DNA of 54,775 nucleotides. Source: an uncultured bacterium (GTDB lineage Bacteria > CAYUVA01). Location: NCBI GenBank assembly GCA_964448115.1, contig CAYUVA010000031.1:1-54775 (forward strand), written 5' to 3'. Positions within the stretch are counted from its first letter, which is position 1. Each line of letters opens with the position of its first letter. The notes under the pieces were generated by a model. It did not search any database. It saw only the letters and a list, made by a program, of their open reading frames with translations, and was not told the origin of the DNA. The translations under genes and the position numbers were made by a program. This document shows positions 1 to 10,394 of the stretch, piece by piece.

Positions 1-853
1 AGATGGAGGCGCCGGTGCCTTCTTCGAGGGTCCATGGATCCTGGGAAGCGTTTGGTTTAACATGCTTCTTTACTGCCTGGGGAACCTTTTCCTGAAGGTA
101 CATCTTCAGGGTCGCCAAGGTAACCCTCCCTTTATTATCAACTGCTTCTCCACTCAAACCTTGCACCAGGTAATAGGAGAATATTCCTTGATTCTTACCA
201 GGATATTCGTATGCGACCTGCCCCTCGGCGCAGGAATATAGCGTGCAGGAGAATGCCGAGCCTTTGCTTGTGCCGGCGGGGATCTCCCGCGCCAATGCCT
301 GTGCAAAGGTTCTAGTTAGGAGATTCGGCTTATCCCCGCGATCCTTGTATGGATTATTACGGCAGGCATCGACGATAATCAAGCTCTTCCTAGCTTTGAT
401 ACGCTTCATATATTTGTGCAATTCCTGTACCGAGAGGGTTGTCTTTCTTAATGTATCCAGGTCTGTAAGGTCCGTCTCTTGCGTGAGCAGGAATGATCCA
501 TGTTTGTTCTGGATGCCGTGCCCGGCGAAGTAGAAAATGAAGAAGTCATCCTCGTCAGCAACATTCTCCAGCCATTTGAGGTACTTTATAACCTTGCCGC
601 TGTATGGCTTGAAGTCATCGACCTGGTCGCTGGTTAGGATGGTGATATTGTCCACCTTGAAATCGGCATTTTGCACTAAGGTTCTGCCGAACTGCCTTAC
701 ATCGTTGCAAGCGCCGGCAAGCTCCGATATTCCGGAGGAATTATACTTGTCTATGCCGATGAGCAGGGCATAGCGGGTCTCCTCGGCGAATGATGGGCAG
801 GCGAAGGCTGCCGTGAGAATGACTGTGGTAAATATGAGTGCGTATTCTCTCAT
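1..853 (-). CDS. Secreted caspase-family (peptidase C14) protein; runs off the left edge of the window
   Basis: Manual translation from ATG at 853, with GAGGAG upstream: MREYALIFTTVILTAAFACPSFA (signal peptide-like), then RYALLIGIDKY, FYFAGHG (His) and IIVDACRN (Cys). Open to position 1; absent from the ORF track because it has no stop in the window. Confidence 0.88.
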   Translation of the reverse strand, partial: MREYALIFTTVILTAAFACPSFAEETRYALLIGIDKYNSSGISELAGACNDVRQFGRTLVQNADFKVDNITILTSDQVDDFKPYSGKVIKYLKWLENVADEDDFFIFYFAGHGIQNKHGSFLLTQETDLTDLDTLRKTTLSVQELHKYMKRIKARKSLIIVDACRNNPYKDRGDKPNLLTRTFAQALAREIPAGTSKGSAFSCTLYSCAEGQVAYEYPGKNQGIFSYYLVQGLSGEAVDNKGRVTLATLKMYLQEKVPQAVKKHVKPNASQDPWTLEEGTGASI

Positions 854-911
854 GATCCGTGCTCCTCGTGTACTCCTCGTTGTTTCCTCATATTAAGCTC
901 CTATTTAGGTA

Positions 912-1181
912 TTAGTATATACTTTTATTCTGATTATTGCAATACCCTTTCTCTGTCACCAGAGCTTCCGCAAAATGGATCATTTTCCTTTTGCCGTTTA
1001 CCAATATTGATAGGCAAAGGGAGACATGCAGATCTCCTTTTTGGCATTTACATCCTTTTTTCCCGCACTTTCGAGCCATAGTTACAAGGCTTCCGCAGAG
1101 AAACGGATAGTTATGAGCCAGCCTTGTCAACTCTGCTCTAGCGGCTCGTTCATTTGCCGAGAGAAATCCGCGATGTTTCAC
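912..1181 (-). pseudogene. DUF6788-like protein fragment
   Basis: LCGSLVTMARKCGKKGCKCQKGDLH motif; the reading frame runs into the IS inverted repeat (FAEAL) and out into flanking DNA. Confidence 0.6.
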
Positions 1182-1326
1182 AGCCCCCCTGGCTGTTAGA
1201 ATATATTATAACAGATAGCAAATAATTTGTTAAGGGGAGAATAATTGCGAATTTGCTTAATTAGTAAAAAATATATAGGGATTGCCTATCTAAATATATT
1301 CAGAGTGTAGCCTTGCGGAAGTTCTA
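960..1326 (-). mobile_element. Internally deleted IS remnant with terminal inverted repeats and a truncated DUF6788-like accessory ORF; no transposase
   Basis: CAGAGCTTCCGCAA (960-973) and TTGCGGAAGTTCTA (1313-1326) form a 12/14 inverted repeat. The ORF 912..1181 carries GSL..RKCGKxxCxC..H, typical of IS-associated DUF6788. Confidence 0.6.
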
Positions 1327-1428
1327 ATCAAAGCAGTTTGACAGGATTGATAATTTGCATTAGAAAAATTATAGTTGGGAATTTAAGGTCTTAAAATTAG
1401 GAACCTATAAAGAACAGATATTGAGGAG

Positions 1429-2313
1429 TTGAGCATGAGAAAAAGCCTTATCCTTAGCCTTGCGATCATCTCGATGTTAGTGTTTTTTGACTCGAGCACC
1501 TACGGGTTGGATGTTCAGGCGGGTGTGCGCTACTGGTTCGCCTCTTGGGGTATCGATAACTTCAAGGTTGCCATCGCCGACGCCAGCTTTAATGTACCGC
1601 CCATCGAATACTACTTTCCCAGTTACTACGATACTCCCAAGGATACGAATACAGATGGCACTGGTATTTTCGGAGGCTCATTCACCATCAACCTTACACC
1701 GAGTTTAGGTTTTGGTCTTACCTACTTCTCTGGCAGCTATGATATCAAGATGAGATCGACCGCCGAGGTTCAATCCGAGCCTCAGGAGGGCAATATAGCG
1801 ACCTACAAGACCAATTATACGCTCGAGACCTCCACTGACAGAACCGACCTCGATGTCTATGGACAGTACAAGTATCGCGGAGTCTTCACCTTTTATGTAG
1901 GTTTCAAGCACATAACCTATTCCTATGGCAAGCAGACATTGGATCTCGACTACGAGATCACTGATGGTACAACTACCATGTATGTCGATGATCTGCCGAC
2001 CACCTTCAACGCCTTTGAGGCGACCTATTCGGGACCTTATGTAGGCATGGGCGCGTTCAGGCAGTTGGAGGGTGGCTGGTTCTCCTTCGGGTCATTCTCC
2101 TATATGCCGGTGCTTATCGGGGGTGGCGATATGGAGAAACTGAGCAGCGATAATAGCGGTATGGCATTCAACCTTGAGGTTGGGATCGGGATGTTGCTTC
2201 CCAAGGCGCACCTGGTGCCGAGCTTCAGCTATAGATACCAGTATTTCTGGGGTTTCGAGGACCTGACAGATACCTTCCACGGGGTGATCGTGGGCGTAAA
2301 TGCTTTCTTTTAG
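1429..2313 (+). CDS. Outer-membrane beta-barrel protein (probable start ATG 1435)
   Basis: Signal peptide, alternating aromatic beta-strands, C-terminal Phe (VGVNAFF), GAGGAG upstream. Confidence 0.75.
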   Translation: MSMRKSLILSLAIISMLVFFDSSTYGLDVQAGVRYWFASWGIDNFKVAIADASFNVPPIEYYFPSYYDTPKDTNTDGTGIFGGSFTINLTPSLGFGLTYFSGSYDIKMRSTAEVQSEPQEGNIATYKTNYTLETSTDRTDLDVYGQYKYRGVFTFYVGFKHITYSYGKQTLDLDYEITDGTTTMYVDDLPTTFNAFEATYSGPYVGMGAFRQLEGGWFSFGSFSYMPVLIGGGDMEKLSSDNSGMAFNLEVGIGMLLPKAHLVPSFSYRYQYFWGFEDLTDTFHGVIVGVNAFF

Positions 2314-2342
2314 GTCATAATATCTTGTAAATATGTAATACC

Positions 2343-2452
2343 TGGGTTGGTGGACTGATAATGGGGGGCGATGACCCCTCACACACTCTTTGACAGGTAC
2401 GGGGAGGTTCCAGGCGCCCTGGAATCGTTGCCGGTATGACATGGCTTAACCC
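2343..2452. ncRNA. Candidate structured RNA of unknown family
   Basis: Ends GGGTTGG/TTAACCC can pair. Internal hairpins TGGGGGG-CGATGA-CCCCTCA and GGTTCCAGG-CGC-CCTGGAATC. Confidence 0.3.
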
Positions 2453-2476
2453 CTACATGGATGCTCGAAGATGGAT

Positions 2477-2505
2477 TTGCATTTCGAGCGATATTGATGT
2501 CTAAT
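2477..2505 (+). promoter_or_regulatory. Putative sigma70-type promoter for the large FG-GAP gene
   Basis: TTGCAT-17 nt-TCTAAT; overlaps the hairpin GCTCGAAGATG...CATTTCGAGC. Confidence 0.35.
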
Positions 2506-2534
2506 ACTAGTTTGACCGTGGGGTCGGATAAGCC

Positions 2535-5500
2535 TTGAAGGAGATGATCCGAATGAAGATTACATCAGGTGATAAAATCATAAAGAGATGGTGGAGCCTT
2601 TTCATCCTCCATTCAGTAATTCTGGTACTCTTTGTTGCCCCCTGCTGGGCTGGGTTGAGCAATCAGTCCCAGGAGGTGCCGACTTCGACCAATTATTTGA
2701 CCTATGCGGTTGCCTGGGGCGATATAGATGGAGACGGAGACCTTGATCTAGCGGTGGGCAACTTTCATGGCAGCGGCGAATATATCGGCAAGGATCTCGT
2801 GTTCGAGAATGTAAACGGCACTCTGAATGCAGCCCCGATATGGCAGGATATAACTACTGCGGACACCAGTTGCCTAGCTTGGGCTGACCTGGATAATGAT
2901 GGCGATCTCGACCTGGTGGTCGGACATAACGCCGGGGCGAACGCTATATACGAGAACACGGGAACTTATCCTTATCTATCGCAATTCGCCGTCTGGCAAA
3001 GCTCATTGGCAGAGGCGACCACAGCCATAGCGGTCGCCGATGTCGATAAAGACGGCGATCTCGATATAGTCGAAGCCAATAACGGTCAGTGGATCAGGCT
3101 TTACAAGAATACGCTTTACACCTCTCCGGGGCAAAAAAGCGGTAAGGATGACCTTGCCGACCTTTTTCCCTCAGATTCGGACTGGCGCTCGGTAACACCT
3201 TATGAGACTTATGACATGGCATTGGGTGATGTAACTGGAGACGGCTATGTCGATATAGTATGTGCAAATGCAGGGGTATATAAGAACACCATATATTTCT
3301 GGGATGTGAACAACGGCAGGTTTGCCGACAATCCCTCATGGACAGCCCAAGAAGGAAAAAACTCCAGGGGGGTAGCGCTAGGAGATATGAACAAGGACGG
3401 CAACCTGGATGTGATCTTTGCCAATTACTCTACTTCCGAGGATATCTTTAACCAGGTTTACCTCTCCAACGGCACCCCTTCCTTCCCTCAAGATCCTGTC
3501 TGGGAGGCGGATCAGACCAACAAGTGCCTCAGCGTTGCCGTGATCGATGTTGACAATGACGGTGATCTCGATATCGCGTTTGGAACCACATTAAATGAGC
3601 CGGTTTTGATCTATTACAATAATGGGGGTATCATCGAGGACACCCCGAGCTGGAGCTCGGAGGAATTTTCCTTTACTCGAAGCTTGGCTTGGGGCGATGT
3701 GGATGGGGATGGAGACCTGGATCTCTGCGTTGGGAACTATATGGGCAAGGTTGGCATTTATTACAACGATGTCCCCATCCTTCCTAGCACTGGCGAGCAG
3801 TTTCCGATCATCAGGAACTATTATGCGGTTAGAGCTGGATACCTGGACAATACAGCCGGGGTCGATCTGTTCGCCGGTGGCTCTAGTAAAGATCAGATCT
3901 ACTATAACGGAAGCACGACCGTCGGCTGGACATCGACCAGGAGCGTAGTAACCAAGGATGCCGTCATAGCCGACTTCGACAATGATGGCGATAACGATCT
4001 TATCACCGCCTCGGAGAACGAGTACAACATGTTATTCGTAAACGAGGAAGGCGTGCTTGGAACCAGCTCTGCCTGGCAATCGGCTGAGGACTTCCCCAAG
4101 CTGGATACAAGGGGTGTGGCTGTAGGAGATATCGACCGGGACCTCGACCTGGATGTTGCCTTTGCCGAGTTCGAGGAATCAAACCGCATATATAAATCAA
4201 CCAGCGGCACATTGAACCCGGAGCCTGACTGGCTAAGCGACAAGAAACATCCCTCGACCTGCGTTGCCTTCGGGGATATAGATGGAGATGGCTGGCCGGA
4301 GCTGGTGGTAGGAAATGCGCATCGCAAAATCGAGATCTACTATAACACCGGCGGAGAGATACAGATAAACCCGGTCTGGCTATCGGCAAACAAATATGTG
4401 GTAAGGGACATCAAGCTGGCTGACATAGATGATGATGGCGATATCGATATGCTGGTAGCCTGCGATGGCTGTGCAAATATGGTCTTTTATAACACCGGCG
4501 GAGGTGGCATGCCCCAGCGCTTCAACACCACTCCGGACTGGACATCGATACCGGCTAGAAACACGCAGCAGACGGCATTGGCTGATATAGACAACGATGG
4601 AGACCTGGACTGGATCTGCTCCAACAAGGGACAGGCAGATACAATCTACCTCAATAATAACGGCTCTTATGATCGCAATCCCTGGTGGCAGTCGAACTAC
4701 ACAAGCTCCAAGACAATGACGGTAGCTGCTGGCGATCACGGCAAGGATGGCGACATAGACCTGGTCTTCGGGATGACCAATACGCCGCTTATACTCTTCG
4801 AGAACCACTTCTCACCGGAGGCTCACCTGCTGCCCAACGACCCAGCTTTTGTCTTCATCAAATCGAATATAACCGATGTCCAGACCGGCAAGGTCGAGAT
4901 CGAGTACCTGCTTTATGATGATGAGAGCGATCCCTGTTCCATAATCCCGCAGTACAGCTTCAATGGCTCCAATCAATGGTATGCTGCCACCGAGGCTGAG
5001 TTCGGCAGCGATGGCGTTACCGAGCTATCTTCTGCCCCTTACAGCCAGGGTGGGCAGAGCCACAAGTTTATCTGGGATGCGGACAAGGATGCGCTGAACA
5101 GCGGATTGGGCACCGCCTTCAACAGCGACTGGGTTACATTTCGTATCCTGGTAAAGTCCAATCCGGGCAATGTGGGACTGATCACCCGACCCGCCTTGGG
5201 ATCGGTATCCGCTCCCATGAGAGTAAAACCTGTGCCGGATATTAAGATGCTCAAGCCGGAGAACGGGGGATTCGACAATGTGAACATAACCTTGGAGTAT
5301 TTCCTATCCGAGGACTGCACGGTTATGTTCATCTTCCGCTGCGTAAGCATGTCAGCGCCGGACCAGAAGGTGGTGGCTTACAAGCTCGGCGGGGGACAGA
5401 AGAAGTGCCTCCCCGGCGCAGCCGGATACCACCATGTAATAATCGATGCCGAGGATCTGCTTGCCGATCAGGACCTGACAACCGATGATTACCTGATTGA

Positions 5501-8500
5501 GCAGCAGACCTACGAGGTGATAATGAGGGCATCGGATACATATCCCCCTGTTGAGCCGTGCAACGATCCCGAAGATTTCCCCACCACTGGCAACATCACC
5601 GAGGTGAGGACATACAACTGGACTTACGATAACACCCCGCCGACACTGTATGGCATATATCTTCAAGACATAAAGCTGGAGCCGAACCAGGAAGCGCAGT
5701 ACCTCAACTGGTACACCAACGATGTCAAGACCTACATGTATGTCGATTTCAACGGCAACGCGAATTATATTTACACCACCGAGAATGTCGATGACTTCGG
5801 CAACCCGATATATGGCGAGCCGGATGAGTTCTCCTGCCCACCGGCGGGACAATGCGTTTATGAGTATGAGCTTGCCTACGGGGACCGCAATGCGACCTTG
5901 TTCGTTAAGCTCAAGGACGATGCCGGGAACTTCACCGGCGATGCCAGCGACAGTATCTGCCTTGATACGAGGTACTATACGAATGACTACAACTTCACCA
6001 TCCAGGTCGGTGACGGTGGTCAGTTCCACGCCACAAGGGACTTGACCATCAGTTGGCGCGGCTTCACCGAGCCGATCAACTACGCTGAGTGCACCTCCGG
6101 GCTGGCTGGTTTCTATTATCGCTCATCGGGGCTAGGCAGGACTTATGATCCTGGTCTCTATCCGCCGGCATCGTTCGGTGTGTGGACAACCCAGCGGTCG
6201 GTCTCCTTTGAGGAGCTGCCTAATGGCTACTTCGACTTCGAGGTAAGACCGCAGGATCGAGCCGGCAACCGCAGCAGCGCCTACTTCAAGACCAGAGCCT
6301 GCATAGACACTCAGAAGCCGAGCTGGAAGCAGGATGCCTGGATCTGTATCAACGACTGCGAGAGTATCTGGACCAACCAGCCGGTGCTCACCATAGATTG
6401 GGGGGGCTACCAGGATACCGGCTGTGGGGGGATCTATGGCTTCAATATCACATACAAGGTCGATGGTCAGCCCTATCCTTGCGATCCGGTGAACAATCCA
6501 TGTTTTGCTCTATATGACGAGATAACCTGGCTGAACGCCCCGGATGGCTTACTCGAGGTCTGCGTTGAAATAGAGGATCGAGCGGGCAACAAAAGCACCA
6601 CCAAGCAATGTGCGCAGATACGCAAGGACAGCCAGTGGCCGCGCATCGCGCTCGGCGGGTACCTGCTCAGCAACCTGGATACATTCCAGGGTGGGGACTT
6701 GATGCTATTTGCCTGGACGCCTTATGACAGCGATGTTTACACGGTTGAGATGTACCTGCCGGACGAGACTGGCGTCCTGGAGCCAACCGGCATCTACCTG
6801 CGCGATGACGGGCAGCAGGGAGATGCCATAGCCGGCGATGGAGTATGGACCTACTATGCGAAGCTGGGCGGTGGACTCCCCGGCGGCGAGTATCTAATCG
6901 CGCTGGTGGCACAGGACAACGGCGGCAACATGAGCGACCCCTGGCCCTTTGCCAATATCCGCGGATTACAGGTCTCTGCTAGCGAGAATGGCTCTTGGAG
7001 GATAGATTACGATCACAGCGCATTTTTACAGCCCTGGCGCCTCGATTACGAGAGCAGCTTGCGTGCTCGGACAAAGAAGGCTGCCGACAGATACATCCTG
7101 AGCGAGAAGCTCGATGCGTTACATCGAGCGCTTGAGCCATACCTCAAGCAGCATCAAGAGAGTGCGAAAGGCTCTTATGAACTGCTCATGCTCGCCGGCG
7201 GCTATGCCACAACCAATATCGACTTTTTCACCGGCGGGGAGCTGGTGATCTGGGGCGTGCCCTGGGATACGAACCTAGGCTGGTGCTTTGCTGACATGCA
7301 GATGCGGCTATTCTACATCGACACCTTCCAACAGGGCAGGGGAACCGAGCAGCCGCTCGAAATATTCCTGCTCGATCCCAACCAGGACTGCATCTATGAG
7401 CTTAGGGTCGCGGTACCGCCGCTGGTGCCTCCGGGACCGTATATACTCAACACGAATATCGAGGGCTTGGTGATCGGTGGCTACCTGTTCGGATTGCAGG
7501 TCAAGGACCCGACTACGGAGCGCGTATCCCAGTTCTGGCCTTACCTTAACATCGAGGAGACCGAGCTGCGCTGCATAACCGATGCGGACCCCACCGCCGG
7601 GCAGCCCGGCTTGATCGTAACCTTCTACCACGATGCAGCAGGGGGGACCCCTCCCTATAAGTCATTCACCTGGAACTTCGGAGATGGCTCAGCGCCAGAG
7701 GTTTTCTATACACCAGGATATGTGCAGCATCAGTACAATCCGCCCGGCGATGCGGTATTCACTGCCACTATGACCGTGCAGGACAACGCCAATGCCACCT
7801 CGGTCTGCACCGAGACGATCACCATAAGCGACTGCCTGCCTGGCGAGCTTAGGATCGGAGCCTGCCATGCGGATCCCTCAAGCTCGCAGACCTACCCGGT
7901 TACAGTGCAGTTCCACTTCGACAATTACTGCGAGGCGCCGGATAGCGTGTTCTGGACCTTCGGCGATGGCGGAACCAGCAGCGAGTATAGCCCGTCGCAC
8001 ACCTATCAACTCCCCGGCAGCTACCATGTAACCATGACCGCCACCAAGGGCTCCCAGACCGATGGCTGCGAGACCGATGTCTTCATCGGATGCCCGGAGC
8101 TTGAGCTTGCGTCATGTTCTGCTGATCCCAAGTTCGGCACTGCTCCACTAACGGTTACCTTCCGAGCTCAAGCCAGCGGTGGACAGCCTCCATATACCTA
8201 TATATGGGACTTCGGGGATGGCAGCTCGGATCAGGCGACCAGCAGCGGTGAAGCCGTGCTCGACCATGTCTATCAGAGCACCGGCGAGTATGATGCCTCG
8301 CTGACCATTCAGGATAGCTGCGAGTTCGGCGCACAGGTCATATACCCCGATGAGTGCGACTTCCATATCAGCGTCGGCGGTGCCTGCGACAAGATAACCG
8401 GTCATAACATCGACTCTATCTCGGTAAACGGCTTCAGGTCCAATGTCAACATGAGCAATGTGAAATCAGGCGAGTTCATCACCTGGATAGTCATCGACCA

Positions 8501-8690
8501 AAGCTCTGGAAGCACCTGCTTCGAGAGGACTGTCTCCTTCACCAGCGACTACGCTAATCTTCAACTATCTACCGATGTCAACAATGGCAACAGCGAGTGC
8601 GGTTTCGAGTCTGGAAAGAGCTACCAGGTGCAACTGAAGTACAACGATGTAATATGCTATGATCACTTCCGCGATGTCGCTATTCCATAG
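2535..8690 (+). CDS. Large secreted FG-GAP/VCBS-repeat protein with Ig-like region, two GY/WPYL modules and three PKD domains
   Basis: Signal peptide; about 14 DxDxDGDxD-type repeats; PKD motifs WNFGDG, WTFGDG and WDFGDG. True start is probably one of the downstream Met codons. Confidence 0.85.
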   Translation: MKEMIRMKITSGDKIIKRWWSLFILHSVILVLFVAPCWAGLSNQSQEVPTSTNYLTYAVAWGDIDGDGDLDLAVGNFHGSGEYIGKDLVFENVNGTLNAAPIWQDITTADTSCLAWADLDNDGDLDLVVGHNAGANAIYENTGTYPYLSQFAVWQSSLAEATTAIAVADVDKDGDLDIVEANNGQWIRLYKNTLYTSPGQKSGKDDLADLFPSDSDWRSVTPYETYDMALGDVTGDGYVDIVCANAGVYKNTIYFWDVNNGRFADNPSWTAQEGKNSRGVALGDMNKDGNLDVIFANYSTSEDIFNQVYLSNGTPSFPQDPVWEADQTNKCLSVAVIDVDNDGDLDIAFGTTLNEPVLIYYNNGGIIEDTPSWSSEEFSFTRSLAWGDVDGDGDLDLCVGNYMGKVGIYYNDVPILPSTGEQFPIIRNYYAVRAGYLDNTAGVDLFAGGSSKDQIYYNGSTTVGWTSTRSVVTKDAVIADFDNDGDNDLITASENEYNMLFVNEEGVLGTSSAWQSAEDFPKLDTRGVAVGDIDRDLDLDVAFAEFEESNRIYKSTSGTLNPEPDWLSDKKHPSTCVAFGDIDGDGWPELVVGNAHRKIEIYYNTGGEIQINPVWLSANKYVVRDIKLADIDDDGDIDMLVACDGCANMVFYNTGGGGMPQRFNTTPDWTSIPARNTQQTALADIDNDGDLDWICSNKGQADTIYLNNNGSYDRNPWWQSNYTSSKTMTVAAGDHGKDGDIDLVFGMTNTPLILFENHFSPEAHLLPNDPAFVFIKSNITDVQTGKVEIEYLLYDDESDPCSIIPQYSFNGSNQWYAATEAEFGSDGVTELSSAPYSQGGQSHKFIWDADKDALNSGLGTAFNSDWVTFRILVKSNPGNVGLITRPALGSVSAPMRVKPVPDIKMLKPENGGFDNVNITLEYFLSEDCTVMFIFRCVSMSAPDQKVVAYKLGGGQKKCLPGAAGYHHVIIDAEDLLADQDLTTDDYLIEQQTYEVIMRASDTYPPVEPCNDPEDFPTTGNITEVRTYNWTYDNTPPTLYGIYLQDIKLEPNQEAQYLNWYTNDVKTYMYVDFNGNANYIYTTENVDDFGNPIYGEPDEFSCPPAGQCVYEYELAYGDRNATLFVKLKDDAGNFTGDASDSICLDTRYYTNDYNFTIQVGDGGQFHATRDLTISWRGFTEPINYAECTSGLAGFYYRSSGLGRTYDPGLYPPASFGVWTTQRSVSFEELPNGYFDFEVRPQDRAGNRSSAYFKTRACIDTQKPSWKQDAWICINDCESIWTNQPVLTIDWGGYQDTGCGGIYGFNITYKVDGQPYPCDPVNNPCFALYDEITWLNAPDGLLEVCVEIEDRAGNKSTTKQCAQIRKDSQWPRIALGGYLLSNLDTFQGGDLMLFAWTPYDSDVYTVEMYLPDETGVLEPTGIYLRDDGQQGDAIAGDGVWTYYAKLGGGLPGGEYLIALVAQDNGGNMSDPWPFANIRGLQVSASENGSWRIDYDHSAFLQPWRLDYESSLRARTKKAADRYILSEKLDALHRALEPYLKQHQESAKGSYELLMLAGGYATTNIDFFTGGELVIWGVPWDTNLGWCFADMQMRLFYIDTFQQGRGTEQPLEIFLLDPNQDCIYELRVAVPPLVPPGPYILNTNIEGLVIGGYLFGLQVKDPTTERVSQFWPYLNIEETELRCITDADPTAGQPGLIVTFYHDAAGGTPPYKSFTWNFGDGSAPEVFYTPGYVQHQYNPPGDAVFTATMTVQDNANATSVCTETITISDCLPGELRIGACHADPSSSQTYPVTVQFHFDNYCEAPDSVFWTFGDGGTSSEYSPSHTYQLPGSYHVTMTATKGSQTDGCETDVFIGCPELELASCSADPKFGTAPLTVTFRAQASGGQPPYTYIWDFGDGSSDQATSSGEAVLDHVYQSTGEYDASLTIQDSCEFGAQVIYPDECDFHISVGGACDKITGHNIDSISVNGFRSNVNMSNVKSGEFITWIVIDQSSGSTCFERTVSFTSDYANLQLSTDVNNGNSECGFESGKSYQVQLKYNDVICYDHFRDVAIP

Positions 8691-8694
8691 GAAA

Positions 8695-8806
8695 GAGGAG
8701 CACGCAAAGACGCAAAGATAAAGTAGGCAAGGAAGTAAAAGGACGCAAAGGAAATTATGGTTTTTAAAATCGGTATCTCAATAACACGATATCACGGTAC
8801 CACGAT
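8695..8806. repeat. Partial copy of the intergenic repeat family (CACGCAAAGACGCAAAG module)
   Basis: The same module is at ~25228 and, inverted, at ~25458. ATCACGGTA is the reverse complement of the TACCGTGAT module. Confidence 0.55.
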
Positions 8807-8840
8807 CTTTATGACGAGGAGAAGATAAGAGGCTAAAGAA

Positions 8841-10376
8841 ATGCTGTCCAAGGTGATATCCTGCTCCCTTTTGGGCATAGACGCCTTTGATGTCGAGATC
8901 GAGGTGGATACCTCGTTAGGTATGCCCTATTACTCGGTGGTTGGCTTGCCCCAGGCAGCGGTCAAGGAGTCCAAGGATCGCATCCGGGCAGCTATCTACA
9001 ACAGCGGATACAGCTACCCGGAGCACAAGATAGTCATCAACATGGCTCCGGCTGATGTGCGCAAGGAGGGCACCGCCTTCGATCTCCCCATCGCCATGGG
9101 CATCCTTTGCAGCCAAGGTCATGTAGAGCAGGATAGGCTACTCGAATACTACATTCTGGGAGAGATAGCCCTCGATGGCGCCATCCGCCCCATAAAAGGA
9201 GCTTTGTCCATAGCAAGCCATATAGCCAAGACAGAAAGAAAAAAACTCATCCTTCCCGGAGAAAATGCCCGCGAAGCAGCCCTTGCTGATGGCTTGAACG
9301 TTCTTGGGGTTGATAGCCTTATGCAAGCGGTAGATCTGGTCAATGGAAGGACTGAAATAGAGCCGACCAGGGTGGATATCTCCCGGTTGTATGAGCATGC
9401 CAGCGGCTTCTTCATCGATTTCATGGATGTAAAAGGTCAGGAGCAGGCTAAACGGGCGCTCGAGGTAGCTGTCGCCGGCGGGCATAATGTTCTGCTCATC
9501 GGTCCCCCAGGCTCAGGAAAGAGCATGTTGGCAAAGCGCATCCCGACCATAATGCCGCTGATGACCTTCGAGGAGGCGATCGAGACCACAAAGGTACATA
9601 GCGTTGCCGGGGTCTTGGACTCAGCAGAATCGATCGTGGCAAGGCGCCCCTTTCGTTCCCCGCATCACACCATCTCCGATGTCGGCTTGATCGGCGGTGG
9701 CGCGTATCCGCATCCCGGCGAGGTCAGCCTGGCGCACAACGGGGTGCTGTTCCTCGACGAGATGCCCGAATTCCAGCGCAGCGCCCTGGAGGTGCTCCGC
9801 CAGCCCATGGAGGATGGCAAGGTAACCATTTCAAGAGCGCTTGTATCCTTGACCTATCCAGCCAAGTTTCAACTGGTAGGAAGCTCCAATCCGTGCCGCT
9901 GCGGATACTTCGGCGACCCCAAGGCGAGATGCACCTGCACCCCACACCAGATACAAAACTACATCTCGCGCCTGTCAGGACCCCTGTTGGATCGCATCGA
10001 TATACATATCGAGGTTCCCACAGTAGATTACAAGGAGCTTAGCAGCAAGCGCAGCGGCGAGCCATCCGAGGAGATTCGAAAACGAATCGTTGCTGCCCGC
10101 GCAATCCAGCAACAGCGATTCAAGCAAAGCAAGATCCACTGCAATGCCCACATGGAGTCAAGACAGATCAACAAGTACTGCAAGTTAGATAATGCCTGCC
10201 AGTCTATCCTCGAAGCTGCCATGGAGCGGCTCGGCTTAAGCGCCCGAGCTTATGACCGCATACGCAAGGTCTCTCGCACAATAGCTGACCTGGAAAACTC
10301 AGATGCCATACAAGCCCAGCATGTGTCTGAGGCTGTACAATACCGAAGCCTTGACCGTAAGTTCTGGCTTCGATGA
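8841..10376 (+). CDS. comM: ComM/YifB family Mg-chelatase-like AAA+ ATPase
   Basis: [20 protein letters not shown], Walker [41 protein letters not shown]. Confidence 0.95.
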   Translation: MLSKVISCSLLGIDAFDVEIEVDTSLGMPYYSVVGLPQAAVKESKDRIRAAIYNSGYSYPEHKIVINMAPADVRKEGTAFDLPIAMGILCSQGHVEQDRLLEYYILGEIALDGAIRPIKGALSIASHIAKTERKKLILPGENAREAALADGLNVLGVDSLMQAVDLVNGRTEIEPTRVDISRLYEHASGFFIDFMDVKGQEQAKRALEVAVAGGHNVLLIGPPGSGKSMLAKRIPTIMPLMTFEEAIETTKVHSVAGVLDSAESIVARRPFRSPHHTISDVGLIGGGAYPHPGEVSLAHNGVLFLDEMPEFQRSALEVLRQPMEDGKVTISRALVSLTYPAKFQLVGSSNPCRCGYFGDPKARCTCTPHQIQNYISRLSGPLLDRIDIHIEVPTVDYKELSSKRSGEPSEEIRKRIVAARAIQQQRFKQSKIHCNAHMESRQINKYCKLDNACQSILEAAMERLGLSARAYDRIRKVSRTIADLENSDAIQAQHVSEAVQYRSLDRKFWLR

Positions 10377-10394
10377 AATCTATAATAATTAAAA

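Noticed and set aside
243-773. Plus-strand ORFs 243..533 and 537..773
   Set aside because: Antisense to the caspase-like gene.
2362-2452. tmRNA or tRNA (GGGGGCGA start)
   Set aside because: No T-arm/CCA end and no cloverleaf.
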